Of a DNA stretch of 64,000 nt, positions 17,212-25,606 are shown in pieces. The DNA comes from a bacterium (GTDB lineage: Bacteria > Bacillota > Sulfobacillia > UBA995): NCBI GenBank assembly GCA_031082145.1, contig JAVHLP010000005.1, forward strand, positions 34,676 to 98,675, given 5' to 3'. The position numbers and the translations under genes are program-made. Each line of letters opens with the position of its first letter. Position 1 is the first letter of the stretch. The notes below the pieces were generated by a model, which was not told the DNA's origin, ran no database searches, and was given only the letters and a program-made list of their open reading frames with translations.

Positions 17212-18714
17212 CTACCAGGGAACTAGGGTGGCCACGGCCTGGTTGACCAGCGCCAGGGCCGGTGCGGGCCAGACGCCGAAGAGGATACAGGCCAGGGCCA
17301 GCACCCCAATGGGGATCAGCATCGGCAGGGGGACCTCTACCTGGCTCTCCTCCTGCTCCGGGCCGGGAGTGAAGTAGGCCCGCCAGATGATGGGCAGGTA
17401 GTACAAGGCGTTGAGCAGCGCGCTGAGGATGATCACCCCTGCCACAACCGGCTGCCGGGCTTGCATGCCGCCAACAAAGAGCAGCCACTTGCTCACAAAG
17501 CCGTTGAAGAGCGGCAGCCCTATCATCGCCAGGGCCCCGATGGTGAAGGCGGCCATCGTCACCGGCATCCGCCGGCCCATGCCGGCCAGGTCCACCGTAC
17601 GGCGCTTGCCGGTCCGGTAGATGATCGCCCCGGCGGCCAGGAACAGGCAGGCCTTGATCAGGGCGTGGTTGAGCACGTGGATGAGGGCGGCGGCCAGGCC
17701 AGAGGGCGTTGCCAGCCCCACCCCCAGGAAGACGTAGCCGATCTGGGCCACACTCGAATAGGCCAACATGCGCTTGACGTCAACCTGCACCAGGGCGAAG
17801 AGGGATCCCCCGATGATGGACAGCGTGGCCAGGGTCAGCAGGGTCACCCGGATCAGCGATGCCGCCAGGTCGGCCCCCAGGAACTGGGTGCCGAAGACCG
17901 TGTAGAGCAGGCGGAGCATGGCGTAGGCGTAGATCTTGATGACCAGGCCGGACAGCACGGCGCTGGAGGGGGACGGGGCGAAGGAGTGGGCGTCAGGCAG
18001 CCAGACGTGCAGGGGGAAGAGGGCTGCCTTGACCGCGAAGCCCACGACCATGAAGCACATGGCCACCCAGATCACGTGGGGGTAGCGGCCGTAGACGAGT
18101 GTCAGTTCCTCGGCCACGAACGCGAAGTTGAGGTTCCCGGTGACCTGGTACAGCAGGCCGATGGAGAAGAGCACCAGGCCCGAGCCGAGGGCTGCCAGCA
18201 TCAGGTACTTGAAGGCCGCCTCGGTTGCTTCCTCGGTGTCTCGGGATGCTACCAGGGCGCAAGCGCCGATGCTGCTGACCTCAATGAACACGTAGAGGTT
18301 GAACAGGTCACGGGCCATGGCCATACCCAGCATGGCCGCCACCAGCAGCAGGAACGAGGTGTAGTACCACCCCACCGCCCGGGCCGCCAGCTCGTGCCCG
18401 ATGTCGCTGATGGTGTAGACCAAAATGAGCATGGCGACGCCGGTCAGCACCAGCAGCATGAAGGCGGTCAGAGCGTCCACTGCCACCTCGATACCCCAGG
18501 GAGGGCTCCAGCCCCCCAGATGGACAATGACCACCTCTCCCGTCACGGCCCGGGCGGCCAGGGCGGCTGAGCCGGCAAAGGCTGCGACCAGCGCTCCGGC
18601 AGCTGTGGGGGCGCACCAGTCCCGCCGGTAGCGGGCGAACAGCGGCATCAGATAGGACGCGATGAGGACCACGGCCACGATAAGGACCGGCAGGTTGGCG
18701 GTAACGCTGCCCAT
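17212..18714 (-). CDS. mrpD: MrpD/MbhH-like antiporter subunit (first paralog)
   Basis: WLPDAHSFAPSPSSAVLSGLVIKIY motif. ATG 18714 overlaps the upstream stop as TGATG. Confidence 0.88.
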   Translation of the reverse strand: MGSVTANLPVLIVAVVLIASYLMPLFARYRRDWCAPTAAGALVAAFAGSAALAARAVTGEVVIVHLGGWSPPWGIEVAVDALTAFMLLVLTGVAMLILVYTISDIGHELAARAVGWYYTSFLLLVAAMLGMAMARDLFNLYVFIEVSSIGACALVASRDTEEATEAAFKYLMLAALGSGLVLFSIGLLYQVTGNLNFAFVAEELTLVYGRYPHVIWVAMCFMVVGFAVKAALFPLHVWLPDAHSFAPSPSSAVLSGLVIKIYAYAMLRLLYTVFGTQFLGADLAASLIRVTLLTLATLSIIGGSLFALVQVDVKRMLAYSSVAQIGYVFLGVGLATPSGLAAALIHVLNHALIKACLFLAAGAIIYRTGKRRTVDLAGMGRRMPVTMAAFTIGALAMIGLPLFNGFVSKWLLFVGGMQARQPVVAGVIILSALLNALYYLPIIWRAYFTPGPEQEESQVEVPLPMLIPIGVLALACILFGVWPAPALALVNQAVATLVPW

Positions 18715-19016
18715 CACGGCTGCTGGCCCTCGGGGAGCAGCCATTCAGTCACCGGGCGCCCGCCGGCCAGATGCTCGCGCACTATGCGCCGTGCCTTGTC
18801 GGCGTCCACCCGGCAGTACACGACCGGCCCGGCGCCCGGTGCGCGCACCGTGACCATCGGTTCCCACTCGCACAGGCCAACACAGCCGGCCCTCTCGATC
18901 TCGACGAGCAGGTCGGGCCGGTCCCGCAGCTCGTCCAACAGGCCCTGGATCACCTCGCGGGCTCCCGCGGCCACGCCGCAGGTTCCTAGCCCGACGGCCA
19001 CGCGTATTGGGTCCAT
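18714..19016 (-). CDS. Thioredoxin-like [2Fe-2S] ferredoxin domain protein
   Basis: 100 aa. IRVAVGLGTCGVAAGAREV...AGCVGLCEWEPMVTV...VYCRV resembles the NuoE/HydB-N-terminal type 2Fe-2S fold. Cys residues at positions 13, 45, 49 and 68. Confidence 0.65.
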   Translation of the reverse strand: MDPIRVAVGLGTCGVAAGAREVIQGLLDELRDRPDLLVEIERAGCVGLCEWEPMVTVRAPGAGPVVYCRVDADKARRIVREHLAGGRPVTEWLLPEGQQP

Positions 19017-19030
19017 CGTGTTTGCCCCCT

Positions 19031-19396
19031 CTACTGGCGATGCGTCCGCAACTGGGCGATCCGGTCCGGGTCCAGGGTGCCGTAGTAACCGTACAGCTTG
19101 ACCGCCAGCGCCAGGGCGAAGGCGGTCACGCTCACACTGACGACTATCCCCGTCAGCATCAACGCCGTGGGCAGGGGATTGACGTAGGTGGCGGCGACGC
19201 CCGGCTCCACGATGGGTGGGGTTCCCGATCGCAGGTTGCCACTGGCGATGAAAAAGAGGAAGGTGGCACTCTGCACGATGTTGATGCCGATGATCTTCTT
19301 GATCAGGTTGGACCTCGCCAGCACGGTGTAGAAGCCGATGGCGAAGAGGACCACGGCCACCAGGTACGGGTAGTTGGCCAGGACACGGAGCAGCAC
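19031..19396 (-). CDS. mrpC: Mrp subunit C (MnhC/MbhG, NuoK-like)
   Basis: The 121-aa sequence LVAVVLFAIGFYTVLARSNLIKKIIGINIVQSA is typical of MnhC. Confidence 0.9.
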   Translation of the reverse strand: MLLRVLANYPYLVAVVLFAIGFYTVLARSNLIKKIIGINIVQSATFLFFIASGNLRSGTPPIVEPGVAATYVNPLPTALMLTGIVVSVSVTAFALALAVKLYGYYGTLDPDRIAQLRTHRQ

Positions 19397-19399
19397 GGC

Positions 19400-19837
19400 T
19401 CAGTCCTCCACGATAAGATAGTACAAGCTGATAATGGCACTGGCCACCTTGATGCCCACGCCCACCGTTATCAGCAGGATGAGGCCGCCGGAGAAGAGGC
19501 GCCCGGGTGTGCCCAGCGGTATTCCCGCCCCCCGGTTCATCAGAAAGGAAGCTCCCCGCAGGACGCCCACCAGCCCGACAAGACCGTACCAGAGAGTTCC
19601 CGAACTCTCCATGATCCGGGTGGCGTCGTGAGAGACCTTGCGCAGTCCCGGCCCCAGCCCGAAGACCAGGGAGAAGAGGATCATGCTGATGCCGGCTACG
19701 GTTCCGCCGGAGAACCCGCCGCCGGGGGACAGGTGACCGTGGAAGATCACGTAGACCCCGAACATCTGCAGGAACGGCACCAGCAGGCCGCCCACTTCCT
19801 TGAGGATCAGGTCGTCGAACCGCAGCGGTTCGCGCAC
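19400..19837 (-). CDS. mrpB: Mrp subunit B (MnhB domain, MbhF-like)
   Basis: GHLSPGGGFSGGTV motif of MnhB. Confidence 0.85.
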   Translation of the reverse strand: MREPLRFDDLILKEVGGLLVPFLQMFGVYVIFHGHLSPGGGFSGGTVAGISMILFSLVFGLGPGLRKVSHDATRIMESSGTLWYGLVGLVGVLRGASFLMNRGAGIPLGTPGRLFSGGLILLITVGVGIKVASAIISLYYLIVED

Positions 19838-20124
19838 TAGGTCGCTCCTCCCCGGTGCCGGCCCTCGCCCAGGGCCAGGAGGGCAGCCGCCACGGCGGCG
19901 AAGAGCACGGTGGTCTCGATCAGGGTGTCGTAGGCCCGGTAGTCGGCCAGGATGCCGGCCACCACGTTGACGGCGCCCGTCTCCTCCGGCCCTCGGGTCA
20001 GGTACCTCTCCATGACGGCGTTATGGGTGGGGTTGGGCTGGCCATAGGTCGGCATCTCGGCGACTGCCAGCACCATCAGCCAGGCCACTCCCATGACGAG
20101 GAGGAGGGCGAAGAACCGCCTCAT
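19837..20124 (-). CDS. MbhE-like small Mrp subunit (MrpA C-terminal-region homolog)
   Basis: GAVNVVAGILADYRAYDTLIETTVLF motif. ATG 20124 forms an ATGA overlap with the upstream gene. The N-terminal part of the ORF-track version (to 20232) is His/Gly/Arg-rich and was rejected. Confidence 0.75.
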   Translation of the reverse strand: MRRFFALLLVMGVAWLMVLAVAEMPTYGQPNPTHNAVMERYLTRGPEETGAVNVVAGILADYRAYDTLIETTVLFAAVAAALLALGEGRHRGGAT

Positions 20125-20360
20125 GTCTCCCGCCGCCTGGTGCGGATGATAACTCCCACCATGAGAACGGTCATCGCCGTACCCGCTGCGGCCTCGGTGA
20201 TGGCCATGTCGGGGGCGCTCATCTGGTTCCACACCAGGGCCATGACCAGGCTGTAGGCCCCGAAGATAACCACCGCGTAGACGAGGTCTCTGATGAAGGC
20301 GACGGCCACCGCGCAGGCCACTAGGAAGGCCAGGGACAGCGCAGTCAGGGCTTCGGGCAA
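20121..20360 (-). CDS. MbhD-like (DUF4040) small Mrp subunit
   Basis: VWNQMSAPDMAITEAAAGTAMTVL matches the DUF4040 signature (APDVALTEAAVG). TTG 20360 follows GGGGAGGGG. Confidence 0.72.
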   Translation of the reverse strand: MPEALTALSLAFLVACAVAVAFIRDLVYAVVIFGAYSLVMALVWNQMSAPDMAITEAAAGTAMTVLMVGVIIRTRRRET

Positions 20361-20710
20361 CCCGAACCCCTCCCCTCGTAGAGATCTCGCGTGGTGGTCC
20401 CCGGGCAACGCTCGAGTTCCCGCCGGTAGGCCACGTTGGCTATGATGTGGGCGGTGGTGGGCCCGACAACCCACAGGCCACCCGCTACCAGGACCAGCTT
20501 GATGGCTGTGAGGGGAGCCCCGCAGCGCACCGCCAGGGCTCCCAGCAGGAGGCCGGCCCCCATGGTGTCGCACTTTGCAGTGGCGTGCATACGGGTGAAG
20601 ATGTCAGGCAAGCGGATGAGGCCCAAGGTGCCGGTGGTGAGGAAGAAGAGCCCGCCCAGGGTGAGCGCGATCACCAGCAGATCTGCCAAAACCCGGCCCG
20701 CCCCGCTCAA
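20345..20710 (-). CDS. mrpG: Mrp subunit G (MnhG/PhaG)
   Basis: GTLGLIRLPDIFTRMHATAKCDTMG is the MnhG signature. Confidence 0.9.
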   Translation of the reverse strand: MSGAGRVLADLLVIALTLGGLFFLTTGTLGLIRLPDIFTRMHATAKCDTMGAGLLLGALAVRCGAPLTAIKLVLVAGGLWVVGPTTAHIIANVAYRRELERCPGTTTRDLYEGRGSGCPKP

Positions 20711-20970
20711 CGCAGCTCACCACGACCAATGGCCTTGACCACCGCAATAGCGGCGGTGAACCCGCCGAGCGCGAAGACCAGGGCCACGTCGACGTAGTAG
20801 TGAGTACAGCGGGTGACGGCAAGCCAGCAGATGAGCAGGACCGTCTTGGTGGCGATGACGTTGGTCGCCACCAGGCGGTCCAGGGTCCGGGGGCCTATAA
20901 TCGCCCGGTAGAGCGACAAGAACATGAGCAGGGCGATGTATACCGCGGCGGCGTCCATGAAAGCGGTCAC
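20707..20970 (-). CDS. mrpF: Mrp subunit F (MnhF)
   Basis: The 87-aa sequence LYRAIIGPRTLDRLVATNVIATK is the MrpF signature. Confidence 0.88.
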   Translation of the reverse strand: MTAFMDAAAVYIALLMFLSLYRAIIGPRTLDRLVATNVIATKTVLLICWLAVTRCTHYYVDVALVFALGGFTAAIAVVKAIGRGELR

Positions 20971-21443
20971 CCTCGAACCCCCCGCTCCAAGGGTCTGAGG
21001 TGCTCTTCGATGACCCGGTCCTCAACGCCTCGGGCTGCTTCCCGGGTAATGGCATGCACGGTGAGCCTGTCTCCTTCCAGGTCCACGGTGATGGTCCCGG
21101 GGGTCAGGGTGATGCAGTTGGCCAGCGCCACCTTGACCAGGTCGCGCTCGAGAGCGGTCGGAACCACCACGAACTCGCAGGAGAGAGCCGGCCGGCGGGA
21201 CAGCACAATGCGAGCCATCACGAGGTTGGCCTTGAACACCTCCATGGCCAAGAAGGGCAGGAACCGCAAGGCCGACGGGCGCAGGAGATCCCAGGGCAGG
21301 AGATCATGCCTGTTCCGGGCGTGAACGAGTACCTCCCGCCAGAAGAAGGCAATGAGCAAGGCGGCCAGGAAGCCGACCAACAGGTGCTCGCCGTCGACCG
21401 AGCCGGAGACCAAGAGCCAGAAGGCCAGGAGCGAGAGGACCAT
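20967..21443 (-). CDS. mrpE: Mrp subunit E (MnhE)
   Basis: FLAMEVFKANLVMARIVL...ANCITLTPGTITVDLEGDRLTVH is an MrpE core. The start is uncertain: ATG 21443 gives a typical 158 aa, while the ORF-track TTG 21533 has no SD. Confidence 0.82.
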   Translation of the reverse strand: MVLSLLAFWLLVSGSVDGEHLLVGFLAALLIAFFWREVLVHARNRHDLLPWDLLRPSALRFLPFLAMEVFKANLVMARIVLSRRPALSCEFVVVPTALERDLVKVALANCITLTPGTITVDLEGDRLTVHAITREAARGVEDRVIEEHLRPLERGVRG

Positions 21444-21577
21444 TGGCAGGAACCCACGCACCGACCCCTTGTCCGTGGAAGCGTGCCGCTTCCCCTTGGT
21501 CAAGGTCCTTCCCTTCCCAGACTGCCTGTTCAAGAAAGAGACCGGCTCGACTATCGTCGACCGCCGGGCCCACCCCC

Positions 21578-21607
21578 ATTATATACTACTTGCACTGGTG
21601 CTCACAA
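21578..21607 (-). promoter_or_regulatory. Candidate sigma-A promoter of the mrp operon (TTGTGA-18-TATAAT)
   Basis: On the minus strand, -35 TTGTGA lies at 21607-21602 and consensus -10 TATAAT at 21583-21578. Confidence 0.5.
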
Positions 21608-21630
21608 GTTCGATAAGCAGGGGATACGCC

Positions 21631-22209
21631 CTACGTCAGGCCGCGGGCCCCCGCCAGGTAGTCGCGCACGTTCTCCACATGCTTGGCGATAACGACAACG
21701 GCCAGGGCCGCCCCGAAAGCCGCCCACACCGGTCCCGGTCCCAGCAGGTAGAGGACCAGCGGCAGCAGCCCGAAGGCCACCACAACACCCATGTAGGTGT
21801 TGCGGAAGACGAGGGCCAGCACGGCTATCAGAGGCACCACAACGGCGATGGACACCGGCAAAAGCACCAGCATCGCACCGGCAGAGGCGCCCAGGCCTTT
21901 GCCTCCCTTGAGTCCCAGGAACAGCATCCAGTTGTGGCCGGCCACCACGGCCACAGCGCAGATCAGCGGCAGCCATGGATCGGCGGAAAGGCTCCGGGCC
22001 AGGTAGACCGCCAGGGCTCCCTTTGCCACGTCCAGGATCCCGGTGACGATTCCCGCCGGAAGGCCCACGTTGCGAGCCGCGTTCATCCCGCCGACGTTGC
22101 CGCTTCCTACCCGGCGTATGTCCTGGCCCGAGAGCATCCTGGTCGCGAGGTAGGCGGAGGGAAACGAGCCGATGACATAGCTCAACGCTGCCAGCCAGAG
22201 ATCGGTCAA
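21631..22209 (-). CDS. plsY: Glycerol-3-phosphate acyltransferase PlsY
   Basis: GSFPSAYL...GSGNVGGMNA...GHNW...KGGKG motifs. Confidence 0.92.
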   Translation of the reverse strand: MTDLWLAALSYVIGSFPSAYLATRMLSGQDIRRVGSGNVGGMNAARNVGLPAGIVTGILDVAKGALAVYLARSLSADPWLPLICAVAVVAGHNWMLFLGLKGGKGLGASAGAMLVLLPVSIAVVVPLIAVLALVFRNTYMGVVVAFGLLPLVLYLLGPGPVWAAFGAALAVVVIAKHVENVRDYLAGARGLT

Positions 22210-22320
22210 GGCGGGGCACCTCCTGTGACTCTAGCTACTTCAGCATTCTTCCATCTTCAACCCGGATCCTTCAGACTTGGCCAGCCGCGCCGGTCACCGG
22301 CCGGTCCCTCGGCTCATAGC

Positions 22321-22626
22321 ATGGTCCGGAACCCCACACCCCGGGGCAGGTGGTCACGGGTGCAGGGCGAGGGGGGGACGCCTCTCAGTGAACTGCGGAG
22401 AGGCAGCCGGGCCGTTGTCCGGGTCATCGGCACCCCGGGATCGGACCGGCTGTTCGACTTCGGGCTCTTGCCCGGCACGCCGGTCGACGTTGTCCTGGAG
22501 GCGCCCCTGGGCGATCCCCTGGTTATCGTCGTCAGGGGGACCCTCCTCAGCCTGCGGCGCCGCGACGCCGCCGGCATCATCGTGGCCACCGGGGAGACCC
22601 CGGTTGACCGTCGCCATTGCCGGTAG
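22321..22626 (+). CDS. feoA: Ferrous iron transport protein A
   Basis: C-terminal ~75 aa LSELRRGSRAVVRVIG...RLFDFGLLPGTPVDVV...PLVIVVRGTLLSLRR form a FeoA SH3-like domain. GTG 22360 (after AGGTGG) is an alternative start. Confidence 0.78.
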   Translation: MVRNPTPRGRWSRVQGEGGTPLSELRRGSRAVVRVIGTPGSDRLFDFGLLPGTPVDVVLEAPLGDPLVIVVRGTLLSLRRRDAAGIIVATGETPVDRRHCR

Positions 22627-24568
22627 CCCGAACGTCGGCAAGACTACCCTCTTCAACGCCCTCACCGGCCTCTGCCAGCATGTGGGCAACTGGCCGGGCA
22701 AGACGGTGGACATCGCCGAAGGGTGGCACCGTAGCCGGGAAGCCGAACTCCGTCTGGTGGACCTGCCCGGCACCTACGGCCTGGCCGGCAACTCGCCCGA
22801 AGAGATCCTGACCCGGGACTTCGTCCTGGGCCGCGTGGCCGACGTCATACTGGTTGTTCTGGAACCCCGGGCCCTCCAGCGCCACCTCTACCTCGCTCTC
22901 CAGGTGCTGGAGTTCGCCGGTCCGGTGGTTCTCGTCCTTAACCTCATGGACTCCCCGGACTCCGATGTGGACTTGGAGAGGCTCCAAGCCGCGGTGCGGA
23001 CGCCTGTGGTAGCCGTCTCCGCCGCCCGCCGCCAGGGCCTTGCCCATCTGGTCAAGACGGTGCTCGAGGTGGCCGCCCATCCTCCGGCCGCGTCAGGGAA
23101 CCTAGGGATCCTGGACAAACCTGTACGGGACCTGGCCCGTGAGCCATCCGGGCTGAACGGTATGCCTCCCCGCTGGGAGGCTCTTCGCCTGCTGGCAGGG
23201 GATGACACCCTTGATGCCGCCCTGGCCCGGGCTGGACGGCACGACTTGCTCCAACGCGCGGATGAACAGCGGCAGGCCGTGGGCGGGCGGGTTCGAGAAC
23301 GGCTGGCAGCCATCCTATACGAGCAGGCAGCCTGGCTGGAGTCCCTCTGCCCCCCACCCCCGCCCTATCGCACCTCCGTGCTGGATCGCTTGCTCACTCA
23401 CCGCCTGCTGGCCTATCCGCTGTTCGGGCTCCTGGTGGCCCTGGCGCTCTGGCTGACTCTGGCGGCTGCCCAGCCCCTGACTGCGCTGCTCGAGGCTCTC
23501 TTCTCGCGCTTGGGCGGGGCCGTCGCCTTGTTCCTCTTCGCCCGCGGGGTATCCGCCTGGATCGCCGGGCCCCTGGTTGACGGCTTGATCGTGGGTGTGG
23601 GGGCGGTCATCGCGGTCATGTTGCCCACCATGAGTATCTTCTTCGTGCTCCTGGCCCTGCTTGAGGAGAGCGGACTGGTACCCCGCCTGGCTCTGGCGGC
23701 CGACCTGCCCCTGCAGCGGGTGGGCTCGCAAGGCCGTCACTGCCTGGCTTGCCTGGTGTCCCTCGGCTGTAACGTTCCCGGCGTCTACGCCGCCCGGACT
23801 ATGACCGGCCGCCCCCGGCTGCTCACCATCCTCACCGCCAGCCTCATTCCCTGCAACGGCCGGCTGGGCGTCATGCTGCCGCTGGCCGTCTTGTTTTTCG
23901 GCCAGCGGGCCACCCTGGTAGTCCTGGGCCTGCTGGCTCTCAGCCTGGTGACGGTGATGCTGGCCTGCGCGACCCTCTCCCGCATCTGGCCGGAGTCGCC
24001 GGGTGACGCGGTGATGGAGCTCCCCCCGCTTCGGTGGCCTCACCTGCCCGGCGTTCTCTTGCGCACCCTGCGCTACCGGGTCGTCCACGTGCTGGCCCGG
24101 GCGTCTCTCATCGCCGCCCCGGTGATGCTGGCGGTCTGGCTCCTGGGCAACTTGCCCGTGGGCGCGGGCCCAACCGCCACCTACACCGCCACTCTGACCG
24201 CTTTCCTCCAGCCGGCAGGCCGCGCACTGGGGCTCGATGGGCGGATCCTCACGGCGGTTCTCTTCTCCCTTCCCGCCAAGGAGATAGTCCTGGGCGCCCT
24301 GGCGCTGACGGGAGGCGTGGCCCGTAGCCTGGGCGAGACGGGAGCGGTTCCCCTGGGGGTCCTGCTGGAGACCTGGAGCTCCTTTACTGCCCTGAAGTTC
24401 CTCGTCTTCTTCACTCTCGCCGCGCCTTGCGCTTACACCATGCTGGTAATCCGGCGCGAGTCGGGCAGTACCGCCCGAACCGCCTTGGCAGTGGGTCTAT
24501 CGCTGCTGGCGGGCTCCCTGGCCACCTGGATCCTGCACCTCGTGGGCCGCCTGCTGGGTCTGGGTTAG
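22604..24568 (+). CDS. feoB: Ferrous iron transporter FeoB
   Basis: G domain VAIAGSPNVGKTTLFNALTG...DLPGTY followed by a polytopic permease. TTG 22604 follows GGGGAG and overlaps the feoA end by 23 nt. Confidence 0.92.
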   Translation: MTVAIAGSPNVGKTTLFNALTGLCQHVGNWPGKTVDIAEGWHRSREAELRLVDLPGTYGLAGNSPEEILTRDFVLGRVADVILVVLEPRALQRHLYLALQVLEFAGPVVLVLNLMDSPDSDVDLERLQAAVRTPVVAVSAARRQGLAHLVKTVLEVAAHPPAASGNLGILDKPVRDLAREPSGLNGMPPRWEALRLLAGDDTLDAALARAGRHDLLQRADEQRQAVGGRVRERLAAILYEQAAWLESLCPPPPPYRTSVLDRLLTHRLLAYPLFGLLVALALWLTLAAAQPLTALLEALFSRLGGAVALFLFARGVSAWIAGPLVDGLIVGVGAVIAVMLPTMSIFFVLLALLEESGLVPRLALAADLPLQRVGSQGRHCLACLVSLGCNVPGVYAARTMTGRPRLLTILTASLIPCNGRLGVMLPLAVLFFGQRATLVVLGLLALSLVTVMLACATLSRIWPESPGDAVMELPPLRWPHLPGVLLRTLRYRVVHVLARASLIAAPVMLAVWLLGNLPVGAGPTATYTATLTAFLQPAGRALGLDGRILTAVLFSLPAKEIVLGALALTGGVARSLGETGAVPLGVLLETWSSFTALKFLVFFTLAAPCAYTMLVIRRESGSTARTALAVGLSLLAGSLATWILHLVGRLLGLG

Positions 24569-24647
24569 GCCGGCAGGACTTGGGCGGGGGCGCTGGGAAT
24601 CATGCGGGATGAAGGTGAAGCGTGAGCACAGCTAGGGGTGGATTGGG

Positions 24648-25397
24648 GTGACTTGCGTGTTACGGGGAAGAGTGGCGCTGGTTACCGGGTCTAGCCGCGG
24701 CGTGGGCCGGGCGATAGCCACCGAACTGGCCCGGGCGGGCGCCGACGTTGCCGTTCACTGCCGGGAGTCGGTTGAGGAAGGGCTGGCCGTGGTCAGGGCC
24801 ATCGAGGAACTCGGGCGGCGGTCGGTGCTGGTGCTCGGCGATACCCGGGTGGCCGGCGACGTGGACCGCTTCACCGCTCAGGCCGTCGACACCCTGGGCG
24901 CCATAGACATCCTGGTGAATAACGCGGTGTACGCACTCTTGAAGCCGTTTCTGGAGATAAGCCCGGAAGAGTGGCGGGAGCAGCTCGACTACAAGTCCCT
25001 TGCCTACTACCTCACCACCCGGCAGGTGCTCCCCATCATGCTCCAGGCGGGCCGGGGGGTCATCATCAACGTGCTGTCCACCGTGGGAGTCAGGGGCGGG
25101 GAGGGCGAGGCGGGTTACGCCGTGACCAACGGTGGGGCCATGGCCCTCACTCGCGCCATCGCCAATGAGTTCGGCACCCGGGGGGTGCGGTGCTGCGGGG
25201 TGATGGTGACCTGGGCCGACAATGCCTTCGACCCCGGCGACCCGGAGTGCGTTCGCTGGCTGGAACGCTTCGCCCTCGGCCGGGTGACCCGGCTGGAGGA
25301 GGTCGCCCGGACAGTGGCCTTCCTGGCCTCCGACGCGGCAGGCGGGATCACCGGTTCTTTCGTCAGCGTGGACGCCGGGTACCTGTCAAAGGCCTAG
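24648..25397 (+). CDS. SDR family oxidoreductase
   Basis: VALVTGSSRGVGRAIA and NNAV motifs, with the Y-x3-K region. Confidence 0.88.
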   Translation: MTCVLRGRVALVTGSSRGVGRAIATELARAGADVAVHCRESVEEGLAVVRAIEELGRRSVLVLGDTRVAGDVDRFTAQAVDTLGAIDILVNNAVYALLKPFLEISPEEWREQLDYKSLAYYLTTRQVLPIMLQAGRGVIINVLSTVGVRGGEGEAGYAVTNGGAMALTRAIANEFGTRGVRCCGVMVTWADNAFDPGDPECVRWLERFALGRVTRLEEVARTVAFLASDAAGGITGSFVSVDAGYLSKA

Positions 25398-25606
25398 ACC
25401 TGGCAGGACTGGTGGGCGGGACCGTGAAGCATGGCGGTGCACCCACTCCCGGGGTGTGAGGTGCGGGGCCTGTGACAGCAGTGACGGAACAAGTTGAGCA
25501 GCCGGATTGCCAGGGAGTTCGAGCCGGACAGAATGATCTTGTCCAGTTCGCCCGTTGCGAAGCCACGCCCGGCTCCGACGTTGAGAGGGGCGACTGAAGG
25601 AGGCGG

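Noticed and set aside
17461-18570. 369-aa plus-strand ORF rich in His, Gly, Gln and Asp, inside the first mrpD.
   Set aside because: This is a mirror-frame artefact of a hydrophobic membrane gene in GC-rich DNA. The minus strand encodes a clean MrpD-type protein.
21352-22320. The first ~320 codons of the 424-aa plus-strand ORF that ends as FeoA.
   Set aside because: It is antisense to mrpE and plsY and has low-complexity composition. Only the last ~100 codons (22321-22626) resemble FeoA.
22210-22320. Search for a Fur, DtxR or IdeR operator in the plsY-feoA divergent spacer.
   Set aside because: No palindrome resembling the Fur box (GATAATGATAATCATTATC) or the IdeR box could be found by eye. 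Nothing is reported.
25398-25606. The 209-nt spacer before the ADP-ribosylglycohydrolase gene, considered as a possible riboswitch or sRNA.
   Set aside because: It contains only a small hairpin (GGACA...TGTCC), and I recognise no conserved riboswitch core. It needs a covariance-model scan before any claim.
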